Shown here piece after piece: positions 1 through 12,000 of a DNA stretch of 35,630 nucleotides. The notes beneath the pieces were generated by a model. That model did no database searches. It saw only the letters and a program-made list of their open reading frames with translations, and was not told where the DNA came from. Numbering within the stretch: the first letter of the stretch is position 1; every line of letters starts with the position of its first letter. The position numbers and the translations under genes were made by a program. Source of the stretch: Rhizaria sp. SCN 62-66 (Eukaryota); NCBI GenBank assembly GCA_001724265.1, contig MEDY01000316.1, positions 1-35,630 on the forward strand, written 5' to 3'.

Positions 1-220
1 TGTGTCTCTGATATTATAAATTGTTATTGTTGTTTTCACAGAAAAGAGAAGTCTGTGTTCACAGGAAACGCCACCTTTATATGCCCGCCCCGAAACGACT
101 GTGGGTGGTGTTTGCCCCAGTGTGAGCCTGTGAGACTTGGTGTTTTATGCAGAATGTCGGTTGTGACATTTGTGTTCTATTTGAAGTAGGAACTCTTGTG
201 CTGAGACCAAAACAGACACG

Positions 221-2683
221 ATGGCGAGCGACCCTAGTCAAATGACTCCGTCACAGCTTCAATACTTCGCTCTCCTGCACACCGAAATTAGCCGCGCCAT
301 TGATCTGACGCCAGATTGCAGCGCTTTGTCGAAGCTTAGCAGTGCCCTTTTCTGCTCTCCTCATGTTGACGTGCTTTGCTAAAGTGGGGTTGTTCAACTC
401 CTTCTGCAGTCGCTGATATTCTCTGGTGATGTGGAAGCAAACCCAGCTTTCACAGATGCTGTCATGGAACGGTCCAAGATCATCATCAGGTTTCTTGAAC
501 AGGTGCCTATGTACGCTGGTGGTCGTGAACACCTTGCAGACTGCTTCACTGTTGAAAAAATTGCAGCTATTCTGCCTCGTCTCTCGCAACTGGGCCTAGT
601 GAAGGAAATTCTCGAGCTTATTGACAGTCTTTCTCAAAAGATACTCCTCACTATGCCTGTCAGGAGCGCTACTTTGGCGCACCTGCTGACCTTTGTGCGC
701 GAAATGGAGCATTTTGTGCGTCAACAACCGGAATCCGCGCCCGAGTACGACTCTGACATCTTCCCCATCCTGCTTTACTCACTGAGGGAACTTGCATCGA
801 GTCGCTCTGAAGATCCGATTGCCGGACCACAAGCTCCGTACGCATCCGTTGCTGCCTTTGTTCCGCTGATACGTGGCGTTATCCGCCGCAATTTATCGCC
901 CGATGCTAATAGTCAGGCCGCCCGCAATGCTGCCTATAGCGCACTGTTCAAGATTTTCCTTAACGACGGCAATAGCAGCGATGATAATGATAGCAACGGT
1001 AGTAACAATGAAGACGCTGTGCAGCGCCGAAACGGTTTGTTGGATTTTGTTCTCAGTGACGACTTTGAGCACCTCCTAGACTTATCGGACTCTGGGTCAG
1101 TGGGAGACCTGTGGTCACTGCTTCTTTGTTTTGATGACGCCACGTTTCCGCTTGTATTTACCCAGCAGCGCGTTGAGCGCATGCTCACATCATTGGACGC
1201 AAACCACTGGGGCTCTACGGACAAACTTTCTGTCTTTATGAGCGTGCTTGCGCTGCTGGCAGAACAGATTCCTGTGTTTGCTCAAAAACTTCCTTATGAG
1301 CCTGATTTTGGAAAGATTCTTGGTTTTATTCAAGATAACATCTCGTATGATGATTTGATTGCTCAGAGTTTACTGCCGATTCACACTGTGGAAGTACTTG
1401 ACAGAATTTTAAGCGCTAGCTCTGATGAAACGCACGTGGCACACCAGTTGCTTTCTTATGGCGCTGTCAAGCTTTGCTGCATACTATTGAGATATTATCT
1501 TGTTTCAGATCGCAGTTCGTTGGGAGAGCACCATAACACGCTGCGCCTTCGTGTTCTACGTGTTCTTCTTAGCTCCAGTACCGCCCCGTCTAACCTTGCT
1601 GTTCACGACAGCGATGCTGCTCCGGAGAACCCATTCTTGACCGAGTTTATTAGAGCTCGAGGGCCGCAAGCGCTCGAGCTGCTGCGCTATGATGACTGCA
1701 TGCAAAAAAACGACGGTGGCTCAGCTCTGCCTGAGCTATTGCAGCTGCGCGTTCTGCTTGCGAACAGTGACGCTGGTGTGCATGATATAGCTGCAACTAA
1801 TGAGCTGTGCGTCCAGACTACCGCAGAGATGCGTGTGTTTGTGCAGCCGACAAGTGGATGGCAAGACGCCTTTGATGCGCACATTGCGTGCAGTCTGGAA
1901 GAGAGTGGCTTCCCGCGTCGGGTTAAGTATGATCACAGCGCTGATGATTATCAGACTCTGCCAGCTCCCCTGCGGGCCAACTGCGTGCCATCGACAGCTG
2001 CAGTGGCTCTGCTGCAAGCCAGGGCGCGCGAGCGCATTTTGCTTTATAGCCGTGATAACATTGTTGCTTGCCACAGGATATCGGATGTCGTAATGGGAAT
2101 GAAATTTGTTGGTTCGTTGCAGAGCGAGTACTGCAAGGTGATCCGACTCGACAACAAGAGGTTCCCCTGCAATGCTGCACACTTTTGTGTGGCAGCAGGA
2201 CAGGCTCTCATTGGCAACCGCATCCATACGTGCTTTGTGCCGCCTGGGGTGACATCGCTGCCGTATGTCACGTTCTACCACAGTAGTGACTATGCCCCCT
2301 GTGCCTCCGCGCCTCTGAGGCTTCCTGACAGCGACATTGTCTATGGCGAGTACACTGAGCCGCATGTGGTTGCTGACACGGGCGAGACCGCGACATATGC
2401 CGTCGGTACTGTGCTGATGTATCCCCGTGCCGTCCTACCAGTGCAGTCAACGGACACACCGTGGTTCATCGTTTTCAAACCTTGCGCGATAAGCCTTCTG
2501 CGGGGTGCCGTACCCGTCGGTCGCGTCATTTCGTGTGTTGAAGGAAACGAGCCTAGACTTCATGACAGTGGGTCTGAGCCCTTCAACGCTGCAGTGTTGC
2601 GATGCTTCGAGTCGCAATATGAGGCTAATGAATGCCGAGGTGCGACCATTGCATTTAAGGCATTTAGGGCTGCTGCGCAGTAG
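221..2683 (+). CDS. Uncharacterised protein of ~820 codons with a Leu-rich helical (ARM/HEAT-like) N-terminal region and a beta-rich C-terminal domain; contains an in-frame TAA at 380-382
   Basis: The 750-codon ORF 431-2683 starts at GTG. An ATG at 221 lies in the same frame (MASDPSQMTPSQLQYFALLHTEISRA...), separated only by TAA 380-382. Its context (ACACG-ATG) matches the Sec8 start. The ORF ends at TAG 2681-2683, with an in-frame TGA at 2693-2695. No family was confidently recognised. Confidence 0.7.
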
Positions 2684-3049
2684 CACTCAAATTGACTTTA
2701 TCATATTTATAAACCAGATTTTAGATGTCACTCCATCATTGATTTCAATAATTTTTGTTTTTTTTGTTTGAATATTTTTAAGCTATTTTCTGTCGTTCTA
2801 TTTTTAGATCGCTTGAAAACAATTCAAAATAATCAAACATGCAGTGACTGTAGACTGCAAATGAAGTAAAGAAACAAATATAGTGAATTTATAATTAAAA
2901 AAAGGATTGTGTATTAAAACTTAATGAAATCTACAGTTGTATACGTATTGACAGATAAATATACGTGCATTACCGTATGTAAACACCAATTTTCGCCAGA
3001 CACTCTCAGACTCGAGGCGAGGTGACGTGAGAGACGTTTGTGCGTGAAA

Positions 3050-6000
3050 TTAGAGATAAAGGTCCCTCGCGGCGCGGTCGTGGCACATGTTCTTAATGCT
3101 GCGCAGCGCCTCATACTGGTCGCGCGTAAAAAGACCCTTGTTAGCGGCTTCAAACTCGTCCAGACTCTCCGGCGTCAGCCCCAGCAGCTCGACGTAAGTA
3201 CGCGCGTGGTCAAAGCAGCGCTCGGAAAACTCGGCCACAGCGGGACCCGTGAGCGGGCCCGCGCCCGCGCCGCCCCTGCGGCCCGCGCCGGCCTCCCCCG
3301 CGCCCGCGCCAACGCCGCCGTCGCCGCCGCCGTCGCCACCGACAACATCGAGGTTGACGAGGTTCTGCTGCAGCGCCACGAGCGCGCGCGCGAGGCGGTC
3401 CAGCCCCGCGGGCGAGACTTGCCTGCGGACCAGGTTCGACGTTGCGTGCACCACTACGGCGCTCATCAGCGCCGCCACGCCACCAAAGACGTAGCGCACG
3501 CGCACGGAGCCCGCGGCGTCGCCGCCCCACGCGCGCGCCAGCGACTCGCGCAGCAGCGCCAGGGCCGCGTTGAGCTCCAGCGCCGCCGCGGGCGTCTCGC
3601 CGCCCGACGCGGACGCGTCCACCGTCGCGCCCCCGTCTGCGGCTGCGGCAGCAGCGGCGGCCGCAGCGGCGGCGGCGGCGGCGCGCTCGGCAGCGGCGGC
3701 CGCGGAGCTGTGTCCGTGTCCCTGCGCAGCGGCAGCGCGCACGCAAAAGTCACCGAAGCGGAGCTTGCCGAGGTGGTGTCCGACGAGCGCGCAGACTTCA
3801 AGGCGCAGCGTGTGGTAGCACTGGTTCGCCAGCGCCAGACACTCGCGCGCGAGCCCGTAGCGTTCGTCCTCGAACGCCGTGCGAAGCGGCAGCGCGGCCG
3901 CGGCGGCGCTCGCGTCCGCGGCGTCGGCGTCGGTCGCGCCTGTGTCGTAGCCGGCCACGGCGGTGATGGCCGACGCAGCCGTGCGCGCCATGACGGCCGG
4001 CACCGACAGCACAGCCACGGCGGCGCCCGCGGCGGCGTTGACCACGGCGGCCGCGGTGGAAATCGTCGGCGCCGCCACGGGCTGCAGCGCCGTCGCCGCG
4101 CGGGCCGCCGCGGCGCGCGCCGAGACGGCCTCGCGCTCGCGCTCGCGGATCAAACTCTCGGCGACGACTGCGAGCTCGGGGCCGCGGCGCACGCGGGCCG
4201 CGGCGCCGTCGCCGCGCGCGCCCGCACCGGCGCCGGCCGCGGCCGCGGCCGCGGCAGCGGAGGCGGGCACGGAGGACGCGATGAGCGCAGTGTGCGTGAG
4301 CGACGAGGAAAGGTACCCGTTGGGTACGGAGGGCGCGACGAGGCGTGGGATCGCGGGGGCGCCGAAGAACGCTCTCAGGCGGTCGCTGCCGCTGCTGGCG
4401 CCGACACCGCCCGAGCCTGAGCCAGCGCCCGCACCGTCAGCGCCGACGCCGGCGCCCGCGGAGCCCGAACCCGGACCGGCGACGCTGCCTTCGAGCAACA
4501 CGCTGTCGTCGCCGCAGCAGTCGTCGTCGTCGTCGTCGTCCGCGGCCGCGGTGGGCTGCAGCACGGCTAGCGCGGCCGCGGCCGCCGCAGCGAGTGCCTG
4601 CGGCAACGAGTCCGCGGAGGCCGTGGGCAGCGTGTAGATGGGCACACCGCGCACAACAACCGCGCCCGCGGCCGAGGCGGAGCTGGCGCCCGGCTCGCCC
4701 ATGCCGCCGGCCGCCGCGGCGACAGCGGCAGCGGCGGCGGCGGCGGAGGAGAAGCCCGTGGCGTCGTCGCCGAGCGTGCCGCCGGCGCCGCGCGCGAGGG
4801 CGCGAGACGCGGCGATGGCGGCGGCGGCGGAGCGCGGGGCCACTGTCGCGACTGCGAAGTCAAGCGCACGCACGCGGGCAAGCACGAGCGCGACAGCCGA
4901 GCTCAGCGCGGGGGTCGGCGCGGGCGCGGGCGGCGCGGGGGCCGTGCAGGGCCCGGTGAACGCGCGGAGCGCCAGCGTCGCCTCGAGCAGGGTCGCGGTG
5001 GTCGCGGCGACGGCGACGGCGGAGCGGTCGCACGCCATGCCCGTCGCGGCCGCGGCGGGGCCGGCGGCGGCGCCCGGGAAGGTCACGTGCTGCGCCACGA
5101 GCGCCGAGCGCGGGGTGGTGAACAGCGCAGCCACCGACGCGGGTGCGGGCGCAGTCGCGGCGGCGCCCAGCGAGGCGGCGGATCGGCGCGGCTTGCCCGC
5201 AGCGCCCGCGGCCGAAGCTGAGGACGACGAGGACGCCGCGGCGGCCGCGGCGGCCGCGGCGGAGGGGTGCAGCGGCGCGGGCGGGGGGATGTGCGGGCGC
5301 GGAAGCCGGTAGAGCTGGTCCGACAGCCAGTCGAGCGAGTACCCCAGCAGCGCGAGCGCGGCGGTCGGCCGCGAGGGCCACGGCACCGAGGATGCGGCGA
5401 GGAACGAAGCGCCGCCCGCGCCGGAGTCGCCGCCTGGGACGTCGTCGTAGACGGACGCGTTCGCGCCGCCAGAGGACGCAGTGGGGATCGCGGCGGGCAG
5501 CAGGCGGTGCGCGGGCACGGCCAGCTTGCTGTCGCGGCCGCCAAGGTACAGGAAGCCTAGCACGGGCGAGGCGGGACCGAAAAACGCCTGCACCTCGCTC
5601 TCGTCAAACCCGTCGCCGCCCGCGCCGCCGCCGCCGCCGCCAGCGGAGGAGGAAGCCGCGGAGCCGGTCGAGACCGCCCCGGCCGGCGCGGTGCCACTGC
5701 TGCCGCTAGTCGAGTGCGCGCTGCGGGGCACGCCGCGGAGGTCGCGGAACCACGCGTCGTTGGCGCGCAGCGCGGTCGCCGTCGCGGGCTCGCGGACGAG
5801 CGTCGCGGCCAGGGTCGAGCCCACGGCGGCGGCGGCCGCGGCCGCGGCGGCGGCGGTCGCGGCGGGCGTGGGGGAGGCCGCGCCGCCGCCGGTGACGGTG
5901 TTGCCGTCCGCGGACTCTGCGGCGGCGGCGGCGGCGGCCATGCTGTCGGCGAGTGTCTGCGGGATGACGCTCGTGGTGGCCTGCTGGTAGCGCGCGCGGC

Positions 6001-9000
6001 AGCGGTGTAGCAGCATGCGCACGATCTGGCTAATCACGGCGCTGACGCGCGACGCGTGATGCGGCAGCAGCAGCAAGTCACACATGAGCGCTTCGACCAT
6101 GCCCGCGATGTCGGCGACGCACTTGACCAGCAGGCGCGGGCGCACGGCCGAGCCCCAGGCCAGTCCGCCCCCGCCGCCGCCGCCGTTGCCGTTGGTGGTG
6201 CTATTGCTGCCCGCGCCGCCGCCCCCGCCGCCGAAGCCCAGCTTGGCCACACCGGCGCCGGCGCCCGTGGCAACCGCGCGCCCGCGCGTGCCAGACAGCG
6301 CGCTCGCGAACGCGGCCAGCGCGCGGCCCGGTGCGCTGCCGCCGTTGCCGCTGCCGCCATAGAGGCCGCCGCTGTAGCCGCCGTGTCCGTGTCCGTGGTG
6401 TCCGTCGGTCTGCCACGAGCAAAGGTACGCGGCCGTGCGCGCACCCGCGGGCGGCAGCGTGGCAGCGTCGATGGGGGCGAACGCCGCCGGGTCCGAGAGG
6501 ATGCGCTCGGCGGCGGCCATGGCATCCGCGGCAAGCACGGGCACCACGCTGTGCGTCGCGAAGTGGGCCGCGAAGCGGTGCAGCGGGCGCGGTGAGGCCA
6601 GCGGCAGCAGCGAGAGCAACGAGAGCAGCGGCGTGTCGGCGATCGCGGTCGTCACGCCCAGCTCGGCAGCGCTGCTGCCCGACACGAGCCCGACGCCCGA
6701 GTCGAGCGACGTTGCCGCCGCGCTCGCCGCGCCCAGCGCAGCCCCGGCGGCGCGCGCTTTGTGGAGGTACTGCCACGCCTGGCGCAGCGCCTGCGCGGCG
6801 ACGAGCGCGTCGCCCGGGGTCGCGGCGCGCGGGAGGATGTCCCCGCCGCGCGGGCCCGGCAGCGCGCGCGCCAGCGGGTCGCGCAGCACGTCGAACAGCG
6901 CCGCGTACACGCCCGCGGCCGCAGCGGGCGCCACGGGCGTCGCGGCGTGCGCGGAGACCGCGGCCGTGAGCAGCGACGAGGTACCACTGGCGACGGCGGG
7001 CGGCAACAGCACGCCGCCGCTGCGGACGACGGCCATGAGCGTGCGCTGCAGGTGGCGGGCGGCGCGCGACTGGCCTTTTCTGCCGGTCTCCGGCGCGGCG
7101 AGGCCGAGCGCGGCGGCCCACTCGGCGTCGATGCGCCCCGCCGCGGCGCCGCGCGGGCGCGGCAGCGGCTCCGACGCCAGCAGCAGCGCGGCGCGCAGCA
7201 CCGCACCGGGGGTCGGCGCGGGGACCAGCGGCGCCGCAGCCGCCGCGGCAGAGGCAGAGGCGGAGCCGGAGGACGCGGCTGCGGAGACAGGCCCGGCGGA
7301 GAAGAGCAGCATGTCCGCGGCGGCGACAAGCGCGGGAGTAACCGACATCTGCAGCGCACGGCGCAGAGCCGCCACGGTCACGCCGGCGCGCGCGGCGGCG
7401 ACCGCGGCGGCGGCGGCCGGCGGCAGCGCGGGGCCGCCCGCGCCCGCACTAATGCCCGCCACACTCGCGCTCGCGCTCGCGCCGGTGCTGGCGCTAGCCG
7501 AGGCGGGGTTAGGCCCCTTGACCGGCGACGCAACCAGCGCAGTGGTGCCGGCCGAAGAGGTCACGCCCGCGCCAACGCCAGCGCCGAGGCCGGTGAACGA
7601 GCCCGACGCGTCCGTCGCCGCGACGATCAGCAACGCCGTCAGCGCGGGCGTGAGTCCGGCCAGAGGCTCACCGTCGCCGCTGGCACTGCCACTGGCACTG
7701 CCGCTTAAGCCCGCCGTGGACGCGGAGGCGGAGTCGTCGCCCTCGCTGATGCGCAGCGCGGACTGGAGCTCGAGCTGCTGTTGGCGGCCACGCGCGGCGC
7801 TGGCGCTGGCCTGCATGCGGCGCACGGCGGCCAGTGCGGCGGCGCCGGCAAGCACCTCCGCGGGCGGGCGCAAGTGCGTCTGGCCCGTGGACACGCCGAC
7901 CATGCCGACGCCGAGCCCGACGCCCGCGAGCGCGGGGCCGAGCCCGACGGGCAGGCCGGAGCGCGCCGCCACAGCCTCGGCCACGGGGGCCGACACGCCG
8001 TACAGCGTGCGCGCAGCCAGCGTCGGCGGGAGCGCCAGCACGGGGAGCAGAAGCGCGCCGTCGTCGCCGCCGGAGCTCGCGTCGCCCGACGCCGCCGACG
8101 GAGACGAGGACGAGGACGGGGGCAGCCACAGCTGCAGCGCGGCGGCTGTCGCGGGGCCGATACCGGAGCCGTTATTGGCCACAAGCGCGGCCGCGGCGCC
8201 CGGTGCAGCGGCGGTGGCAAGTGCCATCATCGCGGGCGCGACGCCGTGGCCCGCGAGCGCGAACGTGTCGACCGTCGCCGCGCAAAGCCGCATGAAGCGC
8301 AAGAGCGGCAGGTACAGCGGCACGAACAGCTGCGACGCCGCGGGCAGCGCGCTAGCGTAGACGCCTGCCAGCACCTGAGCGCCCGCAGCAGCGGCAGCTA
8401 AGGTGGAGCCGCGGTGGCGCCGTGCGGCGACGCCGGCGCTGACGCCTGCGGCGCCGTCGACCCCCGCGGCGGCCTCGGCGGCGCGGCGGCGCGCGCGGCG
8501 CAGCAGGAGCTCCACGGCGGCCGGCTCCAGCCCGTCGCTGGCGGCCGCCGATGGCGGGAACGGGTCGCTGTAGGGCTCGTCCAGCGCGCAGAAGAAAGCC
8601 TCCAGCACGGAGCCGGGCCCCGCGGAGCGCGCGGCGTCTTCCTCGGCCGCCACAGCTTCGTCGTCGTCGTCCTCGGAGCCAGGGTCGAGGTCCATGTCAG
8701 AGTCGCTCGAACTGTCGCCATTGCCGCCGGTGCTAGAGGTCTTGCTGCGCTGGGACGCGGAGATGCCGGTCGCCGAGGAGGAAGACTTGGTGCCACCGGA
8801 GGCGCGCTGACGCTTGGCACCGGAGCGAGCGCTCGCGGCGTCGCCCATCAGCACGCCGAGACCGCCGCCGGTAGACACGATGCCCTGCAAGTTTCAAAAC
8901 AAAAGAACAGAGATGAATAGACGTGAGGCAAATTAATGCGATACAGATCTGACTGATCCATGAACACTATCAATAACACGCAATTGTTTTGTCTTAAAAC

Positions 9001-12000
9001 TAGACTAGTGATGTCGTGAATATGTACCTGGTTGCGTAGCGCCTGCGAGGAGCGCTGCCCGTCCGCGAACGAGAACGTGAGGCCGAATGTGGCGCCAGTG
9101 GCGCCACTCGAGCCCGCGTTGCTGTTACCGAAACCGACACCGCCGTTGTTGGCGCCGGCGTTGCTGTGGTTCGCGTTGTTGTTGGTGGTGTTGGTGGAGG
9201 GCCCGTGCAGCAGACTGAGCCCGACGGGCGTCTGTCCCGTGAGAACGTTCTTGACCGTCGTCACGGCGTGGCCGGCCGCAGTCGCGGCACGCTCAGCGGC
9301 CTGGCCCGCGGCTGTGGCGGCGCGCTCGGCCGCAGCGCCCGCGGCGGCGGCGGCGGCCCCGGCGGCGCCCGCGGCGGCAATCAGCGCGGGCGGCGCGCGG
9401 CGCGGCAGCAGCGAGGCGAACAGAAGCGGCGACGGCCCATTGGGGCCCGCGCCGCCGACGGGGGGCGAGAGCATCGGGGACAGCGGCATGCCGTTGGGGC
9501 CGGCCATCATCGCGGCGGCCGCGCCCGGGCCCGAGCCCGCGGCGGCGCTGCCGCCGGGGCCGAGGACTGGGGAGGTGGAGCCCGTCAGTGCGGCGGCCGC
9601 GGCGGCGAGGGCCGTGCCACGGCGCCGGCTGGCAGCCACAAACGCGGCGGCGGCAGCAGCGGCGCGCGAGTTCTACAAAACGGAACAAAAATAAGATAAA
9701 GTAAAACAGTACTGTTGAATAAAACCATCGTGCAATATTGTAAAAGAAGAAAAGAGAATCCTTCCGGGTGGTTGTCAGTCGCTTTTGCTTTTGCGTTGCG
9801 TCGTACCTGGGGGTTTCCGCCGAGTTGCGGGAGCGCGGGGGCGGCGCCGACCGCGGGGACAAGCGCCGAGAGGCCCGTCAGATCCCCTGCGGCCGCAGCG
9901 GCCGCGGCCGAGGTGACCGTGGTAGGGTCAGCCATCAGCGCCGCAGCACGCGCGGCCGCGTCTGCGACCAGCGGCGCCGCCTCTTCGTCCGCGGCTGCGG
10001 CGGCGGACCCGCGGGCCGGCGCGTAGCCGTCCGCGGAGAAGACGTGCCCGACCTGGTAGGGGTCGCAATGCAGCAGCAGCAAACGCTGGACTTCGATCTC
10101 CACCAGCGTCAGCAGGTCGAGCATGTGCCCGTGCGCGCGCGAGACGACATCCGCCGGGAGCCGCGCCGGCGGGGGCAGCACGGGGGCGAGGATCGTCTCG
10201 GTGCCGGCGACCGTGAGCGGCTGCAGCAGACCGGAGGGGCCGAGAAACAGCGCGCCCGCCGGGTCAGACTGCGGGGGCTGGGGAATCGCGGTGACCGAGG
10301 CCGCCGCGGCAGGCGTCGATGCAGAGGCCGTCAGCAGCCAGTGCATCTGCAGCAGAGACTCCGCAGACTAAAACGCGAAACAAAGGTAGGAATACAAAAG
10401 AATGCAATTAGATCATGACATGAGGACGGTATAAAAGAAAAAGAATACCAAATAGAGAGCTTCACTTTGACCCTCGGCATTTGACGTACGTGTTCGATGA
10501 TGCGCGACGTGACGAGGAAGACGCCCGCGAAGAGTGTCGACAGCGCCTGCGACCGCAGCGCCGCCAGCGCGACGGGCGGCAAGTCCAGCACGATCGGCGG
10601 CAGCACTGCGCGCGACGCCAGCGACCGCGCGGCCACCCAGCGCAGCGCAGCGGCCGCCGCAGCAGCCGCGGCCGCGGCGGCCTGCGTCCCCGCCTCGGCC
10701 TCACCCTCGGACGCCGCGGCCGCCGCCGCCGCCTCAGCTGCAGCAGCAGCAGCGGCGGCGGCGGCGGCGCGGGCGGCCTTGCCACGCACCGAGGAGCCCG
10801 GCGCGGCGGCGGAGACGGAGATGCCGGCCTTGGGCGCGCGGCGGCGGGCGGCCCAGCCGAGCGCGGCGGCGAGCCCTGCGGCGTGGTCCGCCCCCGCGGC
10901 GCCGATGCCCGCGCTGCCGGCAGCGAGATAAAGCGCCTGTGCGATCAGCGCGCGCTCGCGGATCACGGCCGCGGAGACAAGGTTCGACGTCACTCCGACC
11001 GTACCGGCGGCGGCAGCGGCGGCAGCGGCGGCGTTTTGCGTCGCCGCGGCGGACGCGGCCGTGCCCGCGGCAGCTGCGGAGGCCGCGGCAGTGGCGGCGG
11101 CGACCGCTGCCGCAGCGCCGGCCTCCGCGCTCGCGTTTGCGGCGTGCGCGCCAAAGGCTGCGGCGAGCAGCGACGCGCCCGGCGCCGCCGTGGCCGCCGC
11201 GGCCGAGGCCGAGGCCGAGGCGGAGGTGACCTCGCGCGTGATGGTCTGCAGCGCGGCCGGGAGCCCGTTGAGCACGGCAAGCGCGGTCGCCAGCAGCGAG
11301 GTGAGCACGCGCGGCGACTCCAGCGGCGCGGCGGCGAGGCGGGGCGAGTTCTCCAGCACAAGCAGGCGGAACACGCCGCGCAGGTCGAAGACCGAGGTCA
11401 CAAAGCGCAGGTAGCGCCGCGTCTGCGCGACGTCGAAGACGAGCTCCACGGGCCGCTTGGCTGCGGCGGCGACGGACGAGCGCGTGATAGCGCCCGACAG
11501 CCCCGCAGCTGCGGCCGTGGCGGCTGCCGTGGCGGCAGCGATGTGGAGCTGTTCGACGACATCGGCCTCGGCCGCGGCGGCGAGGATGGCCACGAAGGGC
11601 GAGAACCGCGATGTCTCGAGCTCGTCACCGTCCGGACTAGCAGCGACGCCGCCACCGTCGCCGCCGCCGTAGGGGTTGCGGCCCGCGTCCGTGCCCGTCG
11701 TGCCGCCGCTGCTGTTGTTGTTGTTGAGCCCCACGGGGAGCGCGGACGCCATAAACGCCGCGACGTTGGCCGTTCCCGCCGCGCCGCCCGTCGTGGAAGC
11801 GCCAGTGCGCCATGCCTGCGCGGCGTCGGTCGGGGCGCCACCCGCGGCGCCCGCGCCCGCGCCGGTGTTGAGCGGCGCAGCGGGGGCGAAGATCGACCGC
11901 ACGCCCGCGCGGCGCCCGGTGAGGCCGCCGCGCACCCCGGCGCCGTCGACAGCGCTGCTGCCGGCTCCGGTGGCCGCGGATGAGGCAGACGCGGAGGCAG

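Noticed and set aside
2900-3052. Full UAR=Gln (ciliate-type) code for the whole window
   Set aside because: Reading through the terminal TAA of SEC8 or PIF1 runs into AT-rich non-coding-like sequence with no nearby TGA, and the polyQ tracts contain no TAA or TAG.
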